Assembly: GCA_965224025.1 (NCBI GenBank) | Contig: OZ245033.1 | Coordinates: 2,048,001-2,112,000 of the forward strand | DNA length: 64,000 nucleotides | From: Candidatus Multivorans sp. | GTDB taxonomy: Bacteria > Acidobacteriota > Thermoanaerobaculia > Multivoradales > Multivoraceae | Direction: 5' to 3' | Notes under the pieces: generated by a model | Databases searched by the model: none | What the model was told of the DNA's origin: nothing | Seen by the model: only the letters and a program-made list of their open reading frames with translations | Position numbers and translations under genes: made by a program | Shown here: in pieces, positions 10,487-19,881 of the stretch | Layout of the letters: each line of letters opens with the position of its first letter | Position numbering within the stretch: position 1 is the stretch's first letter

Positions 10487-12286
10487 GTGAATGCTGCGAA
10501 GACAGGCTTGGGTGCTCTTGTCCTCGCGATGCCCCTCGCCTGCTCGTCCGACCTGGGCGACACTTCCGCGCCGCCGGCAGGTATCCCTCACCCGGAACTG
10601 GCGGACCTGGAACCGCCTCTCGCCCGGGAGATCGAGGCCCGGCGTGCCGGCCTGGACGCCTTGCTCGCGAACGAGGATGCCAGCGCCGCCGACCGGGCCC
10701 AGGCCTTAGGCAACCTGGGCCGGCTGTACCAGGCCCACCGCCTGCTGGAACCGGCGCTCGCGTGCTACCGGGAAGCGCACGCGCTCGATCCCGAGTCATT
10801 CGCCTGGGCCTACTACCTCGGCGTTCTCGCGGCCGGCGCCGGTGACATCGAGACCGCGCGGCCGGCGTTCCGCCACGCCCTCGACCTTCGAGCCGACGAC
10901 GCGCCGACCCTGGTCAGGCTCGCCGACCTCGAGCTCGAACAGGCTCAGGTCGACGAAGCGGAGCTCCTCTATGTGCGGGCAGCGGTGGAGGAGGACTCGG
11001 CCGCCGTTGCCTATGGGATGGGCCGGGTCGCCGAAGAGCGGGGCGCATACGCGGAAGCCATCGGACAGTTCGAGCGGGCATTGACCCTCCAGCCGGGAGC
11101 TTCCGTCGTCCACTACCACCTCGGCCAGGCCTACCGCGAGTTGGGCGAGTTCGACCGGGCCGAAGAAGCGCTGGCGCGGAGCGGCCCGAACCGTGTCGCC
11201 ATGGCCGATCCGCTGATGCACGAGTTGACGACGCTCGCCATCGGCGCCTTGCCCCACCTTGCCCGAGGCCATGCCGCCGCCCGCGAAGGTCGACTGGCCG
11301 ACGCGGAATCCGCCTACCGCCAGGCGGTGGCGGCCGACGCAACGAACGTGCGCGCGCACGAGAGCCTGACGACGCTGCTGGTCCGCCGCGGCGATCCGGA
11401 GGGGGCAATCGAGCACTTCGGCGTCGCCGTCCGGCTGGAGCCGGAGAATGCCCGTGCCCACTCGGACCTCGGCGTGCTCCTGGCTGAACTGGGGCGCAAC
11501 GACCGCGCACTGGAGCACCTCGGCCGGGCGGTCGAACTCGAACCGGGGCTGGTGGAGGCGGTGCTGGCCCTCGGCAACGTCCAGACCCGAACGGGCCGCC
11601 TCGCGGACGCCGAGACGGCCTTTCGCCAGGTGCTGGAGAGCGACCCCGGGAACGGCGAGGCCCGGCTCGGACTCGGTGCGGTACTGGCGCAGACCGGCAA
11701 CTACGAACGGGCCGTCGTGGAATTGAGAGAGGCGTTGCGCCTCGCACCCGAAGCCGAGCATGCGCCCCGCGTTCATTTCGGCCTCGCCGAGGCCCTGGTT
11801 CGCACCGGCCGGCTCGAGGAGGCCCTGCCGCACTACACCCGGGTGCGCGAACTCGCACCGGGAGAGAGCCTCGCCTGGCTGCGCGAGGCGACGGTGTTGA
11901 TGGGGCTGGGGCGTTTCGCGGAGGCCAAGGCGGTGCTCGAAGCGCGGCTGCGCGTCGACTCGACGGACGAGCGGGCCGCTCACTCGCTGGCGAGACTGCT
12001 CGCCGGCGCGCCGGATGCGTCACTCCGGGACGGCCCGCGGGCCCTGTCCATCGCGGGTGCGCTACTTCAAGCGGCCGAGTCGGCGCCGAACGCCGAGACC
12101 GCCGCGATGGGTCTGGCCGAAGTCGGCCGCTTCGACGAGGCGATCAGCATCCAGCGCACTCTCGTCGAGGAGGCACGCCGGCAAGGTCGGGCGGGCGATG
12201 AGCGGCGGCTCGCTCGGAACCTGGAGCGCTATGAAGGCGGCGAGGCGTGCTGCGCCCGGGCCGCGGACGCGTTTCCGCCGTATTGA
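10487..12286 (+). CDS. Tetratricopeptide-repeat lipoprotein
   Basis: Lipobox PLAC followed by many 34-aa TPR units (e.g. AHSDLGVLLAELGRNDRALEHLGRAVELEP). Confidence 0.88.
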   Translation: MNAAKTGLGALVLAMPLACSSDLGDTSAPPAGIPHPELADLEPPLAREIEARRAGLDALLANEDASAADRAQALGNLGRLYQAHRLLEPALACYREAHALDPESFAWAYYLGVLAAGAGDIETARPAFRHALDLRADDAPTLVRLADLELEQAQVDEAELLYVRAAVEEDSAAVAYGMGRVAEERGAYAEAIGQFERALTLQPGASVVHYHLGQAYRELGEFDRAEEALARSGPNRVAMADPLMHELTTLAIGALPHLARGHAAAREGRLADAESAYRQAVAADATNVRAHESLTTLLVRRGDPEGAIEHFGVAVRLEPENARAHSDLGVLLAELGRNDRALEHLGRAVELEPGLVEAVLALGNVQTRTGRLADAETAFRQVLESDPGNGEARLGLGAVLAQTGNYERAVVELREALRLAPEAEHAPRVHFGLAEALVRTGRLEEALPHYTRVRELAPGESLAWLREATVLMGLGRFAEAKAVLEARLRVDSTDERAAHSLARLLAGAPDASLRDGPRALSIAGALLQAAESAPNAETAAMGLAEVGRFDEAISIQRTLVEEARRQGRAGDERRLARNLERYEGGEACCARAADAFPPY

Positions 12287-12301
12287 GAGCGCCTCTCGGG
12301 C

Positions 12302-14131
12302 TTACCGCTGCGGGCCGACCGCTTCTCCGTCGCCCTGAACCAACTCCTGGTACTCCCCGACTCGCACGCCCGTCCACTGCTCGACCGTGCCATCCGGCCA
12401 ACGGACCTCGACGTGGCTGACGGCGGCGTTCGCGCCATCGCCCAAGCCGGCCAGCACCCGCGGATCGCGGGCTGACGCGTAGCTGCCGTCGGTGTGGACG
12501 TGGCGCCAGATCGGCGCTGCGCCCTGCCGGTGGATCAGGACCTGGGCGCCCAGGGCGTCGCGGTTGTGGGACACGAGTCTCAAGCCCAGCCAGGGCTTGT
12601 CCTGACCGACCTGGTTCAGGAGCAGACGGGTCGGTGCGTTGCTGTTGACGACGACGACGTCCAGGTCGCCGTCGTTGTCGACGTCGCCGAAGGCGGCGGC
12701 GCGGCTGACTTCGGACTCGTCGAAGACCGCGCCAGCCTCGGCCGTGACTTCCGCGAAGCTGCCGTCGCCGAGGTTGTGGAAGAGCTGGTCCGTCTGCCGC
12801 AGCGGGTAGGGGTCGCCTTCCCGGATCAACGCGTCCATGCCGATCACGGCGCCGTTGACGACGAGCACGTCGAGCCAGGAGTCGTTGTCGTAGTCGATCC
12901 AGCCGATGCCGAAGGCGGTGAACGGCAGGCTCGGCGGCCCGAGTTGGGTCGACGCCGATTGGTCCCGGAACAGTCCTGTGCCGCCGTTGACGTAGAGGGT
13001 GTTCGTCTCCTGTTCCAGGTGGCTGACGACGATGTCGGGATAGCCGTCGCCGTCGAAGTCCCCGGCGTCGACGCCCATGCCGGCCTCGGGCTGGCCTTCG
13101 CGGTTGACGGCGACTCCGGCCAGGAGGGCGTTGTCGGCGAAAGTCCCGTCGCCCCGGTTGATCCACAGCCGGTTCCACATCAGGTCGTTCGCTACGTAGA
13201 GGTCGATCCAGCGGTCGCCGTTGAAGTCGGCGGCAACGGCGCCGAGCCCCGAGCCGGTCTCGGCGCCGATTCCCGAGGCAGTCGACACGTCCTCGAAGGT
13301 GCCGTCGCCCCTGTTCCGGAACAGGCTGTCGGCTGCCGGCCGGTAGGCGCCGGGGGCGCAGTACGTCAGTACGCCGCTCGGGAGCGGGCACGGCTTGTGG
13401 TCCGCCAGCGAGTAGTCGACGTAGTTGCCGACGTAGAGGTCCAGCCAGCCGTCGCGGTCGAAGTCGAAGAACGTGGCGGCGACGGACCAGCGGGGATCGT
13501 CGGCGCCCGAGGCGGCCGTGACGTCGTCGAACGTGCCGTCGCCGCGGTTTCGCAGTAACTGGTTGGCGCCGAAGTTCGTGACGTAGAGGTCCGTCCAATC
13601 GTCGTTGTCGAAGTCGCCCGTGGTGACGCCCATGCCGTAGCCGGCGGCTTCGATGCGGCTGGCGCCGGTGACGTCGGTGAAACGGAGGTTGGCGCTGGCG
13701 GCGCCGGGTTCCAGGTCGTTGCGGTAGAGGCGGTCGGTGAGCGGCGTGCCGGGAGGCGGCGGAAACAAGGCGTCCTCGAGCGTGAGGTTGGGGCCGATCA
13801 TCCGGCCCTGGAGGAGGTAGACGTCCAGGTCGCCGTCGTTGTCGAAGTCGAACAGGGCCGCGCCGCCGCCCATGATCTCGTTGAAGTAGTGCTCGCCGGA
13901 CATACCGTTGAAGTAGACGAAGTCGAGGTTCGCGGCGGGGGCGGCGTCGATGAAGATGGACGGTGGAGCGGCGATGTTGGGGTCGGGGGCTGGACTGCAG
14001 GAGGCGAGGAAGAACGTGAGGGCGAGGGCGATGTACTGGCTCGCCGCTTCGCGGCATCGCGCTTGATGCGGACCAGAGGGTCCGCGCACCCAGAGAACGG
14101 ACGTCGGCTTGGCGGGGTTCTCTACATCCAT
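12302..14131 (-). CDS. CRTAC1 family protein (FG-GAP repeats + ASPIC/UnbV), lipoprotein
   Basis: Repeated DFDNDGDLD motifs and C-terminal NRDALGAQV..GSYAS..GLG..VRWPDG. Lipobox FLASC. Start uncertain. Confidence 0.9.
   Translation of the reverse strand: MDVENPAKPTSVLWVRGPSGPHQARCREAASQYIALALTFFLASCSPAPDPNIAAPPSIFIDAAPAANLDFVYFNGMSGEHYFNEIMGGGAALFDFDNDGDLDVYLLQGRMIGPNLTLEDALFPPPPGTPLTDRLYRNDLEPGAASANLRFTDVTGASRIEAAGYGMGVTTGDFDNDDWTDLYVTNFGANQLLRNRGDGTFDDVTAASGADDPRWSVAATFFDFDRDGWLDLYVGNYVDYSLADHKPCPLPSGVLTYCAPGAYRPAADSLFRNRGDGTFEDVSTASGIGAETGSGLGAVAADFNGDRWIDLYVANDLMWNRLWINRGDGTFADNALLAGVAVNREGQPEAGMGVDAGDFDGDGYPDIVVSHLEQETNTLYVNGGTGLFRDQSASTQLGPPSLPFTAFGIGWIDYDNDSWLDVLVVNGAVIGMDALIREGDPYPLRQTDQLFHNLGDGSFAEVTAEAGAVFDESEVSRAAAFGDVDNDGDLDVVVVNSNAPTRLLLNQVGQDKPWLGLRLVSHNRDALGAQVLIHRQGAAPIWRHVHTDGSYASARDPRVLAGLGDGANAAVSHVEVRWPDGTVEQWTGVRVGEYQELVQGDGEAVGPQR
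14038..14125. repeat. ~88-bp REP-like three-hairpin unit, copy 1 (inside CRTAC1 ORF 5' end)
   Basis: Closely similar to 29083-29169. Hairpins GCCGC-TTC-GCGGC, GCGGAC-CAGAGG-GTCCGC and AGAGAAC...GTTCTCT. Confidence 0.8.
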
Positions 14132-14159
14132 GCGCTGGGGTGCCGGGCGGCGGGGAAGC

Positions 14160-16559
14160 TCAACCGCTGCGTTCCAGGGCTCGGGCCGAGGCGAGTTCGC
14201 GCTGCGCGTCCTGCGGCCGGCCGAGGCGGGTGTAGATGTCGGCGAGCAGGTAGTGGCCCATGGGGGCCATGTCGGAGCCGGGATCGAGTTCCAGGCCGGT
14301 GCGGGCCAGCTCCATGGCGCGGTCCAGTTGTTCGTTGCGGTCGATCAGGGACTTGGCCAGGAAGAAGCGGCCGACGGCGAACTCGGGGTTGATCTCGATC
14401 GATTGCTCCAGAGCCGCGGTCGCCCCGTAGCGGTCGCCGAGGCTGTCCAGCAGGCGCCCGAGGTTGAACTGCACCCGGTAGCTGAGGGGATGGTAGTCGA
14501 GTTCGCGACGATAGAAGTCGGCGGCTGCACGCGGGTCGCCGCGCTCTTCGGCGAGCAGGGCCAGGTTGAAATGGGCGAGCCGCACATCGGGCTGGACAGC
14601 CAGCGCCTCCTCGAAGAGCCGTTGCGCGTTCACCGGGTCGGACCGGAGGAGCGCCACGGCGCCTTGACTGACCACCGCGGCGCCCATCTCCGGCGACAGG
14701 GTGGCCGCCTCCCTGAGGTGTCCCTCGGCGCCCTCCAGGTCGCCGTGGTCCACGAGCATGCGCGCGAGTTCGTAGTGGATGATCGCGTTGCGTGGATCGA
14801 GGCGCAGGAACTCCCGGTAGCCGAGGATCGCCTCCTCCTGCGCGCCGGCCCGCCGGTAGGCGTTGGCGAGATTGATCACGGCGTGGGCGTAGTCGGGCTT
14901 CAGTTCGATGGCTCTCCGGTAGCTCTCGACCGCGGCGGCGGTGTCGTCGCCGCGCATCTGCTCGTCGCCGAGCCGGACCCACGCGTCGATCACCGACGGG
15001 TCCTCGATGAGCACCCGCTCGAGGGCTTCCAGGGCCGCCGGCTGGTTCCCCTTGAGCGACGCCTCGCGGGCGGTGCGCATCAGGTTGAAGAGGTGGATCT
15101 TGTCCTTCGGGTCGCCGAGCGTGGAACGGTCGACCGGCTCCGCTGAGCCGCCGCCGGCGAAGCTGGCGAGATAGCCGAGTGCAGCGAGCCGCGCGCGCGT
15201 GTCCGGGTCGATCTCGTCGACCTGCGCGGGCAAAGCCCGGTCCGTCCACCTCGATTCGAGCGCCTGGAGCATCGAGGCCATGCGATCGGCCTCGTCGGGG
15301 CGAGCGGCGTGGAGGTTGTTCACTTCACCCGGGTCCGCGGCCAGGTCGTACAACTCGGGACGCGGCGCCGCGACGTACTTCATGTTCTCGACCCGCAGCG
15401 AGGCAAGATCGCTCCAGCCGTAGTGGTAGCGCGGGTAGACGGCCTCGGCGTAGGCAGGCAGGCGCGGCCCCGTAGAACCCGTCAGGAGCCGAACGATGCT
15501 GGCCCCCTGGAAGGAAGCGTCCCGGTCTTCCTGGCCCGCTTCCACGGCGAGCAGATCGAAGACGGTAGGGGAGACGTCCACCGCGCGGACGACCTCCGCC
15601 ACCCGGTGTCCCCTCATCGTGTCGTAGGGCGCGCGGACGATGAACGGGACGCGGGTTGCCCCCTCGTAGATGAAGAAGCCATGGCCTGACTCGCCGTGCT
15701 CGCCCAGGCTCTCGCCGTGGTCTCCCATCACCATGACGACCGTGTCCCGGGCCCGGCCGTTGCCGTCCAGCCAGGCCAGGAGGCGCCCGACCTGGGAGTC
15801 GACATAGGCGATCTCGCCGACGTAGGGACGGTTCCGGTAGCGCTCCGCGAAGGGTTCCGGCGGCTCGTAGGGCGAGTGCGGATCGTAGTAGTGGACCCAG
15901 GAAAAGAAGCGCGCCTCCGGCGCTTCGTCGAGCCAGGCGAGCGCGGCGTCCGTGACCTCTCTGGACGGCCGCTCGATCTCGTTCAGGGCCAGCCTGACCG
16001 TGTCGCCGAGTTCAAAGTCGTCGAAGTAGTGGTCGAAGCCCTGGGCGATCCCCCACTTTGCGTCGAGCACGAACGCCCCCACGAAGCCGCCCGTGCGGAG
16101 ACCTTCGTCGCGCAGGATCTCGGCCAGCACGACATGCTCGTCGCCCAGGTAGAAGCCGCCGTTGTCCCGCACTCCATGCGCCGGCGGGAACTCCCCGGTG
16201 AAGATCGACGAATGCGCCGGCAGGGTCAGCGGCGCCACCGCCTGTGCCTGCTCGAACAGCACCCCCTCGGCCGCCAACCGGTCGAGGTGCGGCGTCTCGA
16301 TGTCGGCGAACCCGTAAGCCCCGATCCGGTCGGCCCGGGTCGTGTCCAGCGTGATGAGCAGCACGCTCAGGTCAGCAGGCTCCACCCCCTCCGGAAGCCG
16401 ACCCAGCACATGTCCCGACGGCGCCGTGACCTCCCCGCCTGGAAGGAGCCGGATCGCCACACCGACCAGCACAACCACGGCAACCGCCAGAGCCACCGCA
16501 AGCCCGATCCACCGCCCCGCGCGCTTCACATCATCCCGGCGAGTTGGTCCGCTGCCCAT
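14160..16559 (-). CDS. Membrane-anchored sulfatase-like/alkaline-phosphatase-superfamily protein with C-terminal TPRs
   Basis: N-terminal TM helix, LLITLDTTRAD, PLTLPAHSSIFTG, WVHYYDPH, GDHGESLGEHGE, then TPR repeats. Confidence 0.88.
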   Translation of the reverse strand: MGSGPTRRDDVKRAGRWIGLAVALAVAVVVLVGVAIRLLPGGEVTAPSGHVLGRLPEGVEPADLSVLLITLDTTRADRIGAYGFADIETPHLDRLAAEGVLFEQAQAVAPLTLPAHSSIFTGEFPPAHGVRDNGGFYLGDEHVVLAEILRDEGLRTGGFVGAFVLDAKWGIAQGFDHYFDDFELGDTVRLALNEIERPSREVTDAALAWLDEAPEARFFSWVHYYDPHSPYEPPEPFAERYRNRPYVGEIAYVDSQVGRLLAWLDGNGRARDTVVMVMGDHGESLGEHGESGHGFFIYEGATRVPFIVRAPYDTMRGHRVAEVVRAVDVSPTVFDLLAVEAGQEDRDASFQGASIVRLLTGSTGPRLPAYAEAVYPRYHYGWSDLASLRVENMKYVAAPRPELYDLAADPGEVNNLHAARPDEADRMASMLQALESRWTDRALPAQVDEIDPDTRARLAALGYLASFAGGGSAEPVDRSTLGDPKDKIHLFNLMRTAREASLKGNQPAALEALERVLIEDPSVIDAWVRLGDEQMRGDDTAAAVESYRRAIELKPDYAHAVINLANAYRRAGAQEEAILGYREFLRLDPRNAIIHYELARMLVDHGDLEGAEGHLREAATLSPEMGAAVVSQGAVALLRSDPVNAQRLFEEALAVQPDVRLAHFNLALLAEERGDPRAAADFYRRELDYHPLSYRVQFNLGRLLDSLGDRYGATAALEQSIEINPEFAVGRFFLAKSLIDRNEQLDRAMELARTGLELDPGSDMAPMGHYLLADIYTRLGRPQDAQRELASARALERSG

Positions 16560-16701
16560 GGCAAGAAAAGGAGGCTAGCAGCGGTCTCTTGTCTTCTTCT
16601 CACAAGCCGTCCCCGCCTTCGCTACACGTTCTGGATCCCGAAGACGAAGCCGGGCCCGTACGGCGGGCAGCAGTCGCCGCTTCGCCGCCCGACGACGTCC
16701 A

Positions 16702-16875
16702 GCCTGCCAGGGGCGGAGGAGGGGGTCCCAGCGAGGCTGTCGGCAAGCGACGCCCTGCGACACTTCATCGTCCGACGACCAACCGGAGCGCAGCCGACCG
16801 CAGCGAGCACTCACCCTTCATCCATCCGATAAGTGCGAGCGGCCGCTGAGACCCCCTCCTCCGCCCCTGGCAGGC
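16702..16875. repeat. 174-bp element with 32-bp terminal inverted repeat, copy 1
   Basis: Arms 16702-16733 and 16844-16875 are complementary with 1 mismatch. The interior is shared with 29231-29411. Confidence 0.85.
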
Positions 16876-16884
16876 GGGTGCAGC

Positions 16885-16916
16885 CTCCGCCGCTCCGCCG
16901 CTCCGCCGCTCCGTCG
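16885..16916. repeat. Octamer tandem repeat (CTCCGCCG)x~4
   Basis: ctccgccg ctccgccg ctccgccg ctccgtcg, directly after the TonB receptor stop codon. Confidence 0.7.
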
Positions 16917-16917
16917 C

Positions 16918-19704
16918 CTAGAAGCTGAACCGCGCCCCCAGCCGCCAGACGCGGCCGCGGACCAGCCGCCTCGGTGCGCCGAAGGGCCTGCTGCTGTCCA
17001 GGGACTGTTCGGCTTCGATCACGGTGTCCGCGTTGCCGACGTTGAAGACATCGATGCCGACGCCGAGCAAGCGTCCGTCGCCGATCGTGAAGTCCTTCTC
17101 GATCCGAAGATCGAGGCTGATGCCGTCATCGACACGGAATGAGCCCGCGGGGTAGCCGTAGATCTCCGATTCTTGATCCACGTCTTCCACCCGGACAATC
17201 TGGTTGTAGGTGTTGCCCGAGAAGAAGCGGAAGTACCCGCCGACGACGATCCCGCCCGGGAGTTGGGCGTTGCCCAGGACCTTGATCAGGTGCGTCGGAT
17301 CGATCGTCAGATTGCCGTAGGCGTTGATCTGTGCATTCGGGTCGCTGAAGAAAGTCGAACCGCCGAGCGAGGAACCTCTCGCTTCCTGGAACTCGGACAG
17401 GGTGTTGTTGTCGCTGCCTCTTGCCTCGCCGTAGGTCCACGACGCCTGCAGTTGCCAGTTGTTGCGCCACCGTCTGGAGAGGCTGGCCGTGATCCCTGCG
17501 TATTTTCGGATCTTCTTGAAGCAGGTGGGTTCCTGGTACGCCTGCCCGTAGTCCTGACAGTAGTTGACGTTCGTGAAGTAGTACCGGTTCTCGCCCTCGT
17601 TCGTCTGGTCAAGAACGTTGTAGGTCCGTCCGCTGTTCGGATCCGTGTACCGGGTGGGTTCGAACTCGCCGGTTAGGTTCACGCCGTCCAGGAAGTCGTG
17701 GTTCGTCCGGTAGGTCGCCGTGATGTCGAGCGAGACGGTACGCGAGAGGACCTTTTCCCAGCCGACGTCCCAGGCGTACATGTAGGGCACGCCGAGGCTG
17801 TCGTCGATCGCCCACTGGCCGAGACCTCGCGCTTCGGTGAAGTCGTGCTCCCAGACTTTGTCGTCGGCGTTCCAGAGGTAGCCCGTCCGGTCGCTCTCGG
17901 GGGCCAGCCGGCTGTAGAAAAGCGAGATGACCTGGTGGTAGTAGCGCCCCCAGTGCGCCTTCAGCACGGAGTCGTTGTCGTCGCCCAGGTTGATGTTCAG
18001 TCCGATGCGCGGCGCGATGGCGAGGTCGGGCGTGAACACGGTGCCCTGGTCGAAGCGGACGCCGTTGATGTCCGACTCGACGGAGCCGCGCCAGTAGTTG
18101 GCTCGCACGCCGAGGTTCAGCCGGACCCGGTCGTTGATCCCCCAGGAGTCCTGTACAAAGCCGACGATCTTGTCCGTGTCGGCGAACGTGTTGTAGCCGG
18201 TGCTCTCGAGCAGGTAGTCAGGCTCGCCGGCGATGTCGCGGTAGTACTTGCCGCCCGAGAACCCGTTGAGCGTGTTGACCAGCGTGTTCTGCAATTCGAC
18301 GCCGAACTTGAAGTCGTGTTCGCCGCGGATGAAGTCATCCGTGAAGTGGCTCACCGAGCCGATGAGCTGATAACGCTCCCGGTTTGCATTGAAGGGCCCC
18401 CACCAGTTCTCGGAAAGGCGGTCTTCGTATTCATCGTAGCGGGCCGGTACGTCGCCGTTGTCGGGCAGCTCGGTCTGACGCTGGTGATAGCCGCCGAACT
18501 TCAGATCGAGCAGCGTGTCCTGGGACAGCATGTCCGTGTAGTTGAAGTTGAACAGGTACTGGGTCCCGGTGTTGCTGAAGGTCGCGCCGGGGGCGACCAG
18601 GTCGCCCTCGTCCGCGCCTTGGTAGAGCGCGTCGTGGCTGCTGTACTCGAGCATGCCGCTGAAGATCTTCTCCTGCGTCGGCGTCCAGTTGATCTTGCCG
18701 ACCAAGCGGGGCGCCTCGGAGGACGGGTCGTTGACATGGTCGCCGCTGGCCGTCGAGTCCTCCTGGAGGTACTTGGCCGAGACGAAGAACCACGCGTTGT
18801 CCCGTTGCATCGGCCCGCCGATGTCGAAGTGGACTTCCGTGTCGGAGCGGTCGCTGCCGCTGCGCTGCAGATCGGGGTCGTTCGTGTTCTGGGACTGCCA
18901 GTCATTGTCGGCAAGTTGCAGGTCGACCATGCCGTTCAGGTCGTTCGAGCCCTGCTTCGTCGTCACGTTGACGATCACGCCGCTATAGCCGCCGTATTCG
19001 GCCGATGCGCCGGCGCCGAGGACGGTGACGTCCTCGACCGAGAAGAAGCCGAGACTGACCTCGCTCTCGCCCGCTTCCGGGCTGTTGATGATGACTCCGT
19101 CGACCGAGAACTGGACCCCCTGATCGGACGAGCCGAAGGCCGAAGGGCGCCCGCCCGCCGTGTTCTCTGAGTGGACGCCAGGCGCCAGCTGGACGATGCT
19201 GCGGATGCTGCGGTCGCTCGGCACATCCATCAGGATCTCGTTGTTGAGTTCCGTCGTCTGCAGCGTCGAACTGCGCACGTCGATGAGCGGCGAGCCCTCG
19301 ACGATGATCACGTCCTCGATGCTCCCCAACTCCATCGCGAGGTCGACGCTGAGGGTCTTGCCGACCGTGAGCTCGATGTCCCCCTGCTGAGCGGTCGAGA
19401 AGCCCTCGATCGCGGCCTCGACCGTGTAGGTGGACGGCAGGAGGGCGACGAAGCGGTAGCGGCCGTTCCCGTCCGTCATCGTCTCGCTCGTCGCGCCGAG
19501 TTCCGCCGACGTGAGCGTCACGTCGACGCCCGGCATCCGGTCGCCGTTCGGGTCCGTGATCGTGCCGGTGACCGAGCCGCGCTCGATCGACTGGCCCCAT
19601 GCGGCAGCACCGCTGAAGAGGAGTAAAAGCCCCAAGCCGGTGATGAGAATGCCTCTTGCCGTCCGGGCAGGGGCGCGAGAACCCATGGTTCCGCAGTGCT
19701 TCAT
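16918..19704 (-). CDS. TonB-dependent receptor, Oar-like, with carboxypeptidase-regulatory-like N-domain
   Basis: GSVTGTITDPNG..TDGNGRYRF, plug SAEYGGYSGVIVNVTTKQG, C-terminal GARFSF. AGGAGG upstream of ATG 19704. Confidence 0.9.
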   Translation of the reverse strand: MKHCGTMGSRAPARTARGILITGLGLLLLFSGAAAWGQSIERGSVTGTITDPNGDRMPGVDVTLTSAELGATSETMTDGNGRYRFVALLPSTYTVEAAIEGFSTAQQGDIELTVGKTLSVDLAMELGSIEDVIIVEGSPLIDVRSSTLQTTELNNEILMDVPSDRSIRSIVQLAPGVHSENTAGGRPSAFGSSDQGVQFSVDGVIINSPEAGESEVSLGFFSVEDVTVLGAGASAEYGGYSGVIVNVTTKQGSNDLNGMVDLQLADNDWQSQNTNDPDLQRSGSDRSDTEVHFDIGGPMQRDNAWFFVSAKYLQEDSTASGDHVNDPSSEAPRLVGKINWTPTQEKIFSGMLEYSSHDALYQGADEGDLVAPGATFSNTGTQYLFNFNYTDMLSQDTLLDLKFGGYHQRQTELPDNGDVPARYDEYEDRLSENWWGPFNANRERYQLIGSVSHFTDDFIRGEHDFKFGVELQNTLVNTLNGFSGGKYYRDIAGEPDYLLESTGYNTFADTDKIVGFVQDSWGINDRVRLNLGVRANYWRGSVESDINGVRFDQGTVFTPDLAIAPRIGLNINLGDDNDSVLKAHWGRYYHQVISLFYSRLAPESDRTGYLWNADDKVWEHDFTEARGLGQWAIDDSLGVPYMYAWDVGWEKVLSRTVSLDITATYRTNHDFLDGVNLTGEFEPTRYTDPNSGRTYNVLDQTNEGENRYYFTNVNYCQDYGQAYQEPTCFKKIRKYAGITASLSRRWRNNWQLQASWTYGEARGSDNNTLSEFQEARGSSLGGSTFFSDPNAQINAYGNLTIDPTHLIKVLGNAQLPGGIVVGGYFRFFSGNTYNQIVRVEDVDQESEIYGYPAGSFRVDDGISLDLRIEKDFTIGDGRLLGVGIDVFNVGNADTVIEAEQSLDSSRPFGAPRRLVRGRVWRLGARFSF

Positions 19705-19818
19705 ATCCGCCGTCCTCCTTCTTGGACTTCCGACTCTCCTTGGCGTGCTATCTCGCAGGTCGGCTTGACCTTCGCCGACCGGATTTCCCACCACAGATTG
19801 GCTCTCAAACTTCCAACG

Positions 19819-19848
19819 AAGTTAGCGCCGGGGTCGGCGGGGTGTCAA
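19819..19848 (-). promoter_or_regulatory. Putative sigma70 promoter for the TonB receptor
   Basis: Minus strand reads TTGACA-N18-TAACTT. Confidence 0.5.
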
Positions 19849-19881
19849 ATGGGTTCAGATCGTTGAACCTGGTCGGCGGCT

